A DNA stretch of 64,000 nucleotides from Candidatus Curtissbacteria bacterium. GTDB lineage: Bacteria; Patescibacteriota; Microgenomatia; Curtissbacterales; GWA2-41-24. Shown here one piece after another: positions 19,395 through 28,083 of the stretch. The notes beneath the pieces are model-generated. The model saw only the letters and a list, made by a program, of their open reading frames with translations, ran no database searches and was not told the DNA's origin. The stretch is taken from positions 15,332-79,331 of the forward strand of contig JANLHP010000022.1 in NCBI GenBank assembly GCA_024654445.1, read 5' to 3'. Each line of letters opens with the position of its first letter. Position 1 is the first letter of the stretch. Made by a program: the position numbers and the translations under genes.

Positions 19395-20664
19395 ATTTTA
19401 AAACGACATATTTTAACTGAATCCGATCGATACCGGGATATACACCTATCCAAAAACCAGAATCCATAACGGCATTGCTGTTTGCAAGATCACCTATTAC
19501 TCTGTATTTTATCTTTGAATAAGCAGGATGTTTTAATAAATTGCCGGCAAAAAGACTTCGAGTTTCAATCATATTTGCTTGTAAGAAATTCACAATATCG
19601 AGTCTGGCAAAAGGCGCTTCCTTTCGAACAGTCAGCATAAAACCAAACCAGCAAGGAGCAGACTTTTCCAGCCATTGTGGAAAAACAAAAAACTCCTCGT
19701 ACCTTTTTAACTTTCTATATAGATAATCAAAATTACTTCTTCTTTTTTCTATAAACTTAGGCAGTTTGTCCAATTGAGCTAGACCGATAGCAGCTTGAAT
19801 GTCTGTAGCTTTTAAGTTGTAGCCAATATGAGAATATGTATACTTATGATCGTAGCCATAAGGCAACTTGCCTAACTGAAAGGAAAATCTTCGTCCACAA
19901 CGGTTGTCCTGTCCTGTCCTGCACCAACAGTCACGACCCCATTCACAAAAAGAATTGACAAGAACGTAAAGGTCCGGATTACTAGTGACAACTGCTCCTC
20001 CTTCACCCATTGTAATCTGGTGAGCAGGATAAAAGGAAAAAGTAGCAAGATCTCCAAAGGTCGAAACGTACTTCCCCTTATACTTTGACCCCAACGCATC
20101 GCAACAGTCCTCAATAATCCAAAGATTATTCTTTTTAGCAATAGAGATAACCTTGTCAATATCAAAAGGATTACCAAGCGTATGAGCAATCATAATCGCT
20201 TTAGTTTTTTTCGAAACCGCTTTCTCAATAAGCTCTGGGACAGCATTCCTACTTTGCAAATCGATGTCTACAAAAACTGGAATTGCTCCAAACTGAATGA
20301 TTGGGTTTACTGTTGTTGGAAAAGAGCAAGCAACTGTAATCACCTCGTCGCCCTTCCTGATACGTCTTGCGCCTAGCTTAGGGGAAGTTAGAGCGCTAAA
20401 AGCCGCTAAGTTAGCGCTGGAGCCGCTATTGGTGATAGTTACATATCGAACACCCAAAAATTTCGCAAGCTTTTTAGAAAACTCTTCCGCGAAGTGCCCC
20501 TCAGTCAACCAAAACTCGAGTGATGCCAGAACTGCCTTTTCAATTTCTTTCTCGTCAAAAACCCTGCCCGACACCTTAACTTGGGTTACACCGGGAATGA
20601 AAGCTTTTTTAAAATGAAATTTAGAAAAATAATCAGAAACGAGCGACTCAATTTTCCTTTGCAT
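19363..20664 (-). CDS. rfbH: CDP-6-deoxy-D-xylo-4-hexulose-3-dehydrase (E1, RfbH/DdhC-type PMP/Fe-S enzyme).
   Basis: A DegT fold, but His replaces the PLP Lys (FSFYPAHQITMGEGG), and it carries the C-x1-C-x7-C cluster motif (CWCRTGQDNRC) diagnostic of E1. Confidence 0.8.
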   Translation of the reverse strand: MQRKIESLVSDYFSKFHFKKAFIPGVTQVKVSGRVFDEKEIEKAVLASLEFWLTEGHFAEEFSKKLAKFLGVRYVTITNSGSSANLAAFSALTSPKLGARRIRKGDEVITVACSFPTTVNPIIQFGAIPVFVDIDLQSRNAVPELIEKAVSKKTKAIMIAHTLGNPFDIDKVISIAKKNNLWIIEDCCDALGSKYKGKYVSTFGDLATFSFYPAHQITMGEGGAVVTSNPDLYVLVNSFCEWGRDCWCRTGQDNRCGRRFSFQLGKLPYGYDHKYTYSHIGYNLKATDIQAAIGLAQLDKLPKFIEKRRSNFDYLYRKLKRYEEFFVFPQWLEKSAPCWFGFMLTVRKEAPFARLDIVNFLQANMIETRSLFAGNLLKHPAYSKIKYRVIGDLANSNAVMDSGFWIGVYPGIDRIQLKYVVLKFDEFLKKYIS

Positions 20665-20706
20665 TTTCTTCTTAAGGCCATTATTATAGCAATACTGCTC
20701 TCGTGC

Positions 20707-21651
20707 ATGAAAAAATCCAAAAAGTTAATAAGTATTGTTATTCCACTCTTTAACGAAGAACAAAACGTAAAAGAACTCCACAGACGATTTAAGCAACTAT
20801 TTACCAGAGAAAAAAAGTATGATTTCGAAATCATAGCTGTCGAGCATGGGTCAACAGATTCTACATTTGAAAAACTAAACAAGTTACGTCAAATCGATAA
20901 AAGAGTAAAGATTCTTCAACTCTCCAAAAATTTTGGTAACGCGGATGCGGGAATTGTCGCTGGTCTTCACTTTGCAAACGGTGACGCCGTTGTCATTACA
21001 ACGGCCGATTTACAGGATCCGCCGGAAGTTATTCCAAAATTTCTGAGAAAATGGGAGCAAGGCTATGAGATTGTTTACGGAGTAATTAAACAAAGGGCAG
21101 ATACTAATTTCTCCAGAAAGTTTTTGTCAATTTTATTTTATAAGATACTCAATCTATCCACAGGAAATATATTTCCTGAAAACGTTTCAGACTTCAGATT
21201 GATTGATAAAAAAGTCACCGAAACCGTTAAAGGAATGCCCGAACGAAACAAGTTTTTAAGAGGAATCATAATTTGGACAGGTTTTTCTCAAACTGGAGTT
21301 AATTACGAAAGGGCAACGAGATTCGCGGGGGAGTCAAAAGCCGACTTCCTAACAGTTTTGAAAGTTGCGGCAAACGGAATTTTTTCATTTTCTTACGCAC
21401 CGTTAAAATTGGTTACATTTCTTGGTTTTTGCCTGTCGCTAGTTTCTTTTTTGTTAATCTTGTACCAAATAAGCCTATTTTTAATTGTTGGTAGGGGGCA
21501 GCCCGGCGTCACAACGATAGTCGTTCTGATGGGATTTTTATTCGGGATGCTATTTTTAATATTGGGCGTGATAGGGGAGTACTTATCCAGGATTTATGAC
21601 GAAGTAAAACAGCGTCCGACTTTTATTGTTAGGAAAAAAATCGGTCTTTAA
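20707..21651 (+). CDS. GT2 polyprenyl-phosphate sugar synthase (DPM1/GtrB/ArnC-like) with C-terminal TM helices. The ATG at 20707 is preferred over the track start at 20581.
   Basis: ISIVIPLFNEE, DAD/TADLQD (DXD) and two C-terminal TM segments. It is transcribed divergently from rfbH. Confidence 0.75.
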   Translation: MKKSKKLISIVIPLFNEEQNVKELHRRFKQLFTREKKYDFEIIAVEHGSTDSTFEKLNKLRQIDKRVKILQLSKNFGNADAGIVAGLHFANGDAVVITTADLQDPPEVIPKFLRKWEQGYEIVYGVIKQRADTNFSRKFLSILFYKILNLSTGNIFPENVSDFRLIDKKVTETVKGMPERNKFLRGIIIWTGFSQTGVNYERATRFAGESKADFLTVLKVAANGIFSFSYAPLKLVTFLGFCLSLVSFLLILYQISLFLIVGRGQPGVTTIVVLMGFLFGMLFLILGVIGEYLSRIYDEVKQRPTFIVRKKIGL

Positions 21652-22535
21652 AAATAATCCTTGATCAAATCTTTGTTTTTAATCTTGTCTTTACGCTTAA
21701 AGTACCATTCATACAGCATGTTTATTGCTTCATTAATGTCTGTAAACTTTATATCCCTAAACTCATTTCTGAGTCGCAAATTGGAAGCCGTATATTCGGG
21801 GGATAAGCCAGTCTTACGTACTCTTATTGGAACTTCGCCTTTTGAGATCGAATTAATTTTTTTGGCAACAGTTATCAAGTCTGTACCCTTCCCAGATGTT
21901 ATGTTGTAAGTTTTATATTTGAGTTTAGTTTTCAAAAATAGCTCTAAAATTCTGACTAGATCATCGATATACAGATAGTCCATAATAATATTCTGATTAA
22001 CATCAATCGGCATATTTAAAATACTTTTGCATATAGAATTAGAAATAAACCTAATTCTGTAGTCTTCATATTTCCCGAAAACCCCAAACAATCTCAAATT
22101 CACAAACTTGTTAGAATCTTCTACATACTTTGCGCAAATATATTTGTACAACCCCCAATTACTCGCGGGAACTAGTTTTCCAAAATCGACTTCACCAGCG
22201 CGCCTGATAGGTTTCTCTTTACCGTATTCAATTCCCGAGCCAAAGTAAAAAAAACGTTTAAAATACTTATCCTGTGATGCAAGGTTAAAAAACATCCTGA
22301 GACTATCCAGCGCAAACTCTCTCGAGTCACCAGTCATTCTATTACCGCCAATTATTGCTGTGTGCAAAACCGCATCAAACGGCCCGTATTTAGAAAAATA
22401 TTTATTTACCAACTCGAAATCTAAAAGATTAAGTTGCTTGTGAGAAGGTGAATAGAAATTATATTTGCCACCAAGACCTCCCAAAACATTTTTCCCAATA
22501 AACCCGCTGCCGCCACTCAAAAAAATTTTCCGCAT
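21648..22535 (-). CDS. NAD(P)-dependent epimerase/dehydratase-family reductase (candidate side-chain or 4-keto reductase, YerF-like by context).
   Basis: GGSGFIGKNV Rossmann motif and YxxxK (YKYICAK). Confidence 0.65.
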   Translation of the reverse strand: MRKIFLSGGSGFIGKNVLGGLGGKYNFYSPSHKQLNLLDFELVNKYFSKYGPFDAVLHTAIIGGNRMTGDSREFALDSLRMFFNLASQDKYFKRFFYFGSGIEYGKEKPIRRAGEVDFGKLVPASNWGLYKYICAKYVEDSNKFVNLRLFGVFGKYEDYRIRFISNSICKSILNMPIDVNQNIIMDYLYIDDLVRILELFLKTKLKYKTYNITSGKGTDLITVAKKINSISKGEVPIRVRKTGLSPEYTASNLRLRNEFRDIKFTDINEAINMLYEWYFKRKDKIKNKDLIKDYF

Positions 22536-22546
22536 AACGCTAGTTT

Positions 22547-24331
22547 TTAAACCTTCTTTGAAGAAGACATATTTTGGAGAAGCTCGTCTTTTTCTAAGAA
22601 AGGAAAAAGATCTTCATAAGGTCTTGACACAAAAGAACCGTCTGGCCTTCTTTCAGAAGCGACCCTCGGTATGATTAATTGCCAATGTGGCGACATAACT
22701 TCGCATAAAACAGGATCATCTCCCTCGAGCGCCATTTTTATCTTTTCATCTACTGCAGTAGTCGACGGAATCTTAACAAAACGCAAGCCATAAGCTTGCG
22801 CAATTTTTTCTAAGTCTGGACACAACAAACCACTCTTCGGACTCTCACCCATAAACCTCCCGCCTAAATGCGTTTTTTGCGTATGCCTAATTAAAAGATA
22901 ACCGCCGTTATTTATGACAAATATTTTGATTGGCAATTTATTTTGCTTGACTGTCGCCAGCTCCTGAATATTCATCTGCAAACTACCGTCACCCGTAATG
23001 ATTATGGTTCTCTTGCCGCTACCTATGCATGCTCCAATTCCGGCGGGCCAATAACCCATTGTCGAAATTCCGCCTGTCGTTAAAAATCTTTGACCAGACT
23101 TGATCATCCATGTTTGGGAAGCAACGTGGAAAATAGAACTTGTGTCAACAACTACGACATCCCCACGAGAAGCTAAGTCCGAAAGCTTCTCTGTAAAATA
23201 ATATGAGTTTACCAGCTTTTGTTTTTTGTAACTTGGTAAAACCATAGGATATTTTTTTCGCCACGCCTGACATGTTTTTCGCCACGCCTCGTGTTTTCCA
23301 GGCTCGTTAAATTTGCCAATTTGCAAAAACTCGCTCAAAAATTTCTTGGCATCAGTGTTTACCGTAATGTCTATATCTGCCCCTGGCTTTTCCAGTTCTT
23401 TTTTATCAACATCAACTGAAACTTTAAAAGCATTTCTTCCCCAGTCACCTGCATCGTATCCCACAATGCCGGTATCCAACCTCGCCCCAATAGAAATTAT
23501 AAAATCAGCATTCTGTACCGCAAAATTTGCCGCTCGATCGGCGTAAAGACCTGGCCTCCCAACAAAAAGTGGATTATCGCTTTCGATAAGGTCGATACCC
23601 AACCTTGTGGTTACTACCGGCACACCAAGCTTTTCATATAAAATTCTCAATTCTTCCTCAGCCCCTGCTATTCTGACCCCCTGCCCAACAAGTAAAAGGG
23701 GCCTTTTGCTTTGGCTGAAAACGGAGTAAATCTTTTTAAGCTCAGAGCTTGTGACTTGAGATATCATATTGGTGCTTTGTTCGTATTGCTTGAGTAGTTT
23801 TACAGGTACTTCCATGCGTTGAATGTCGAGAGGAACTTCAATCCAGACAGGCCCTTTTCTTCCTGACGTTGCTGCCAGGTAAGCTTCCTCCAGATTATAT
23901 CTGACATCTGAAGGATCATCTAACGTTTTAAAGTATTTGGTAACGTTCTTAACAATCGGTTCTATATTTATTCCCTGAAGGCCTAATTGTCTAATTTTAG
24001 TTTTTTGCATATAGGAAACATTGGCAAGCGAAGACTGGCCGGAGATGACCATCATTGGTGCAGAATCGACCCAGGCGCCAACAACGCCGTTTAATGCGTT
24101 TATCGCGCCAGGCCCGGCTGTAACCATAGCAACTCCAAGTTTACCGGTAATACGACCGTACGCTTCGGCTGCCATGCCGGCTGCCTGTTCATGATGGACA
24201 AAAATCCCATCAATCTTTTTATTTTTATACACGGCATCATTTAAGAACATAGCCTGACCGCCCGTTATCATAAAAACGTGTTTAACTAGTAAATCTGACA
24301 AGAATTTTACGATATAATCGGCAACCGTCAT
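22547..24331 (-). CDS. Thiamine-diphosphate-dependent enzyme of the acetolactate-synthase large-subunit family (YerE-like candidate).
   Basis: Three-domain ALS architecture with the TPP-binding GDGS...NNGGY motif region (ITGDGSLQMNIQEL...NNGGY). Confidence 0.75.
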   Translation of the reverse strand: MTVADYIVKFLSDLLVKHVFMITGGQAMFLNDAVYKNKKIDGIFVHHEQAAGMAAEAYGRITGKLGVAMVTAGPGAINALNGVVGAWVDSAPMMVISGQSSLANVSYMQKTKIRQLGLQGINIEPIVKNVTKYFKTLDDPSDVRYNLEEAYLAATSGRKGPVWIEVPLDIQRMEVPVKLLKQYEQSTNMISQVTSSELKKIYSVFSQSKRPLLLVGQGVRIAGAEEELRILYEKLGVPVVTTRLGIDLIESDNPLFVGRPGLYADRAANFAVQNADFIISIGARLDTGIVGYDAGDWGRNAFKVSVDVDKKELEKPGADIDITVNTDAKKFLSEFLQIGKFNEPGKHEAWRKTCQAWRKKYPMVLPSYKKQKLVNSYYFTEKLSDLASRGDVVVVDTSSIFHVASQTWMIKSGQRFLTTGGISTMGYWPAGIGACIGSGKRTIIITGDGSLQMNIQELATVKQNKLPIKIFVINNGGYLLIRHTQKTHLGGRFMGESPKSGLLCPDLEKIAQAYGLRFVKIPSTTAVDEKIKMALEGDDPVLCEVMSPHWQLIIPRVASERRPDGSFVSRPYEDLFPFLEKDELLQNMSSSKKV

Positions 24332-24351
24332 TATTTCTTTTTTCGAACCTG

Positions 24352-24384
24352 CTTGCCTCGCTCCGCTTGCGAAGCGGGTCGAGA
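24352..24384. terminator. GC-rich hairpin (CCGCTT-GCGA-AGCGG) in the short gap between the ALS-like and DmpG-like genes; a possible attenuator or terminator.
   Basis: Perfect 6-bp stem flanked by A/T runs. Both flanking genes are on the minus strand. Confidence 0.25.
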
Positions 24385-24398
24385 AAAAACGAACTTTT

Positions 24399-25469
24399 TC
24401 AAATTAGTGCCTCGATCAAATCTATTTGTTTTTTCAATACCCTTTTTTGCTTAAGAAGCATTGCGACCTCAATAATGATATCTTCTTGCCCCGCAACTAC
24501 CTTACGTTTTCCAAGCTCAATTAGTATATCCCTTGGGTCAACCCCAAACCTTTCAGCTACCCTTTTTGCGTGTGGCGCAAAGCCCGAAAAAACCCCAGCT
24601 AAGCCGCTTGTTAGGGAAATCGAACTAATTATTTGAGGCTTTTTCATAATTTTTGCAATTATGTCCTCGCTGTTGTCCATTAACTTATAAAGGTCGAGAT
24701 CTATGGGATAACCCATTTTGAAAAGCACTGCAACCAAGACTTCCAATTGACAGTTTCCTGCTCCGGCGCCGAGTCCCCGCGAACATGTATCAAGAATTTT
24801 AGCGCCAGCTAGAAGAGCCGTCACGGTATTCCATACAGCAAGTGAAAGATTATTGTGTGCATGAAATCCGACGTCTATTTTAAGACCGCTAGCTAAAGTT
24901 TTTACCTTCTCGCTAACGTCGCCCGGCAGATAAGCCCCCGCCGAATCCATAAGCAAAACGCCAGATGCACCATACTCCTGCATCAAAAGGGCTTGCGCAA
25001 GGAGTTCTTTGGCGCTGATCATGTGCGACATCATTAAAACTCCATAAACAGTAATTCCACGTCCACAGATGTATTCAATATGTTGCCTCGTAACTGTAGC
25101 TTCCGTGCAGTGGCAGGCAACCATCATTACGTCAACTCCAACAGAAATGGCAGGTTCAACATTTTCCTTGATCGTTCCAAACCCTGGTATCAAAAAAGCG
25201 CCGAGTTTTGTATTTTTGAGTTGCTTGCGTGCGACCCTTAACATTTCATTATCCGAAAGAAGCGAGATACCCAACTGAAGACTCGAGGCGCCCAAACCGT
25301 TTCCGTGGCCAACCATCAAAATTGGTATTTTTGCGTCTTCCGCACCTTTTGAATAATTCGAAATGTCTTCTGCCGTAAACTGGTGAGAAACAGCATGCGA
25401 ACCATCTCTTAGTGTTGAATCTACAATAATCGGGCTAAGTTTCTTTTTGTCAGATCTTGCGTTTGGCAT
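24399..25469 (-). CDS. 4-hydroxy-2-oxovalerate aldolase-like class II pyruvate aldolase (DmpG/BphI family).
   Basis: N-terminal DSTLRDGSHA, HxH metal site (GFHAHNN), and the C-terminal communication domain typical of DmpG. Confidence 0.85.
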   Translation of the reverse strand: MPNARSDKKKLSPIIVDSTLRDGSHAVSHQFTAEDISNYSKGAEDAKIPILMVGHGNGLGASSLQLGISLLSDNEMLRVARKQLKNTKLGAFLIPGFGTIKENVEPAISVGVDVMMVACHCTEATVTRQHIEYICGRGITVYGVLMMSHMISAKELLAQALLMQEYGASGVLLMDSAGAYLPGDVSEKVKTLASGLKIDVGFHAHNNLSLAVWNTVTALLAGAKILDTCSRGLGAGAGNCQLEVLVAVLFKMGYPIDLDLYKLMDNSEDIIAKIMKKPQIISSISLTSGLAGVFSGFAPHAKRVAERFGVDPRDILIELGKRKVVAGQEDIIIEVAMLLKQKRVLKKQIDLIEALI

Positions 25470-26316
25470 ATTCTTCGGCGACTAAAACAGCAGCGCTGTT
25501 TATAATATCCAAATTACCCGCATAAGTTGGTAAAAAATCTCCTCTCCCTAAAACCTCGTTCATAAACGTAAGACGGCCATTTTCAGTTACTGGCTTCATC
25601 GTTAGTTTGTATCCGGGTACGTACTTCCTTATTTCGAAAATAAATTTATTAAGTTCTTTCTCGATTAATTTTATTTTCGGTTTTGCGACTTTTGCAAAAA
25701 TCGTGTTATGCATCACAATCGGCGGCTCGGAAGGGTTAAGGATAATAATCGCTTTCGCGCCTTTAACATGTGTAAATTTTTGGATCGCGTCGCTTGTCGT
25801 TTGCGTATATTCATCAATATTATTTCTAGTGCCAATTCCAGCGGATCTTGACGCAATACTGGCAACAATTTCTACATATTCAATTTCCGGATGTATCTTC
25901 ATTAGGGCGGTAACCAATGGGGTAGTAGCTTGTCCTCCACACGTGACCATATTTACGTTTTTTTCCCTCAGACCTTCTTCTAAATTTAAAATCGGAATAC
26001 ACATTTTGCCTACCCTTGAAGGTGTCATATCGATCGTGAATTTACCGAGCTTTGCAAGAATTGGTGCGTGAACTTTATGTGCCTCCGCGCTTGTTGCATC
26101 AAAAACTATCTCACAAAAGTCAGGATTTTTAACAATCGAGTTAATCGAGTCGTAAGAAGTATTAACTCCCATCGCCTTTGCTCTCTTTATTCCTTCGGAC
26201 ATCATATTGTGTCCGGCAAAAATCCCACAATCCAAAAGTTTGGACCTCCTAATCTTCATTAAAAGATCTGATCCGATGTTTCCTGTACCAATTATTCCGA
26301 CCTTAATCCGCTTACT
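25450..26316 (-). CDS. Acetaldehyde dehydrogenase (acylating), DmpF/MhpF family.
   Basis: VGIIGTGNIGSDL NAD-binding motif and catalytic Cys region (MVTCGGQAT). Its start overlaps the DmpG-like gene, as in dmpFG operons. Confidence 0.85.
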   Translation of the reverse strand, partial: SKRIKVGIIGTGNIGSDLLMKIRRSKLLDCGIFAGHNMMSEGIKRAKAMGVNTSYDSINSIVKNPDFCEIVFDATSAEAHKVHAPILAKLGKFTIDMTPSRVGKMCIPILNLEEGLREKNVNMVTCGGQATTPLVTALMKIHPEIEYVEIVASIASRSAGIGTRNNIDEYTQTTSDAIQKFTHVKGAKAIIILNPSEPPIVMHNTIFAKVAKPKIKLIEKELNKFIFEIRKYVPGYKLTMKPVTENGRLTFMNEVLGRGDFLPTYAGNLDIINSAAVLVAEEYAKRKI

Positions 26317-26365
26317 CATCGACTTTGTAAAACTCGGGAAAACTATTGTACACCTCAAAAGGAAA

Positions 26366-27322
26366 CTAATGAAGATCGAAATACTCTCGATACCATGTTA
26401 ATATGTCTCCCATTGAAGTTTTAAAGTTGTGATTTGGCTTCCAGCCAAAAGCTTTTCTTATTTTATTAAAATTTACAGATTGGGTCGGTATTTCGTTTAC
26501 AGCGGTAGAAAGAATCCTATATTTGATTTTCTCACCAAGAATGTTTTCGACACGCTTTACAACGTCAATAACAGAAAGGTTTTCAAGGGAAGAAACATTA
26601 AAAGCTTCTCCTTGTACCTTTGATATATTGTTCGCAAGAGTCAATGTGGCGTCAACAACGTCTTTTACGTAAACATAGTCACGAATATACTTTCCATTGC
26701 TTCTTATTTTTAACTCTTTATTTTTAACAACAGACTCCATTATTCCCGGAATTAGTCTGTTGAAATTTAAATCACCCTCGCCGTAGACATTCCCAAAACG
26801 CGTGACAACAACCGGCAAGTTGTAAGTTTTAAAATAAGACCTTGCAATTAAATCTGCTGAGGACTTAGACACTTCATAAGGATGATCGCCCGAGATGGGA
26901 TTTTTCTCACTTACCCTCGGCAGCTTGCCGTATGCCTTGTCTGTTGACGTAAACAAGACGCCCTCCACCTTTCCATACAGCCTGCAAGACTCAAGAACAT
27001 TTGTGGTACCAACAACATTCGAAATAACAGTTTGCCGGGGGTTATGAAAGGCGGCATCAACTGTAGTTACGGCAGCAAGATGAAAAACCAAATCGATTTC
27101 ATTTTTGGTGATGACGGAATTTATATGATCAAAATTCCCAATATCACAATATTCAAAAACTACTTTCTCGTCAAGCTTTTGTTGAAGGAAATAAGATTTT
27201 GGGTGTATCAGCAAATCTGTTACAAAAACATTGCACCCCAGATTCACCAACCGTTCTACTAAATGTCCTCCGTAAAAACCGCAGCCTCCGGTGACTAATA
27301 CATTTTTCCCCCTTAGCGCCAT
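26366..27322 (-). CDS. rfbG: CDP-glucose 4,6-dehydratase (RfbG/DdhB-like SDR).
   Basis: VLVTGGCGFYGGHL Rossmann motif and YEVSKSSAD catalytic motif. It is adjacent to rfbF. Confidence 0.7.
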   Translation of the reverse strand: MALRGKNVLVTGGCGFYGGHLVERLVNLGCNVFVTDLLIHPKSYFLQQKLDEKVVFEYCDIGNFDHINSVITKNEIDLVFHLAAVTTVDAAFHNPRQTVISNVVGTTNVLESCRLYGKVEGVLFTSTDKAYGKLPRVSEKNPISGDHPYEVSKSSADLIARSYFKTYNLPVVVTRFGNVYGEGDLNFNRLIPGIMESVVKNKELKIRSNGKYIRDYVYVKDVVDATLTLANNISKVQGEAFNVSSLENLSVIDVVKRVENILGEKIKYRILSTAVNEIPTQSVNFNKIRKAFGWKPNHNFKTSMGDILTWYREYFDLH

Positions 27323-28083
27323 ATTTTCCAGGCAGGATTTTCCCTCCACATCTCGTTTAAATCGTTCATGTCCTGGTAAGTATCCATCGCGTGGAAAAAT
27401 CCGCGATGCTCATACAAAGCTAATTGTCTCTTACTAACAAGTGGCTCAAAAACTTCTTCAATCATCGAATCTGGTTTTATGTAGTTGAACACACCCTTTT
27501 TAAAAACCATAAACCCTCCGTTGATCAATTGTCTTATCTTGGCCTTTTTCTCAAAATCGCTAACTAGGCCGTCTCCGTTGGCATCCAGACCTCCATATTT
27601 GAGTTGCGGATAAACACCAGTCACGGTCCCAAGTGTTTTTTTACGCATATGAAATTTAACTAAATCGCGGATGTTGATGTCGGAAAGCCCGTCACCATAA
27701 GTCACCATAAAATAATTCCCATCTATATAATTCTTAACTCTTCTTAACCTCTCACCTGTCTTCGATTCAAGGCCAGTGTCGACAAAGGTAATATTCATTT
27801 TCTCCAGCAAACCGTTCTTGTGCTTTACCTTATGCGTTGAAGTATTTATCGTGAAGTCGTTATCGTAGTATTTCTTATTTATAAAATAATCTTTTACTAA
27901 GTTACCTTTGTATCCCAGGGCAATGATAAAATCATTAAACCCCCAGTGTGAGTACATTTTCAAAATGTGCCAGAGAATTGGCCTTCCGCCGACTTCGACC
28001 ATAGGCTTTGGTTTAAATTCTGTTTCCTCTTTTAACCTGTAACCTATGCCTCCGCAAAGAATAACCGTTTTAATTTTTGCCAT
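27313..28083 (-). CDS. rfbF: Glucose-1-phosphate cytidylyltransferase.
   Basis: ILCGGIGYRLKEETEFKPKPMVEVGGRPILWHI is the classic RfbF N-terminal signature. Confidence 0.9.
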   Translation of the reverse strand: MAKIKTVILCGGIGYRLKEETEFKPKPMVEVGGRPILWHILKMYSHWGFNDFIIALGYKGNLVKDYFINKKYYDNDFTINTSTHKVKHKNGLLEKMNITFVDTGLESKTGERLRRVKNYIDGNYFMVTYGDGLSDINIRDLVKFHMRKKTLGTVTGVYPQLKYGGLDANGDGLVSDFEKKAKIRQLINGGFMVFKKGVFNYIKPDSMIEEVFEPLVSKRQLALYEHRGFFHAMDTYQDMNDLNEMWRENPAWKIWR

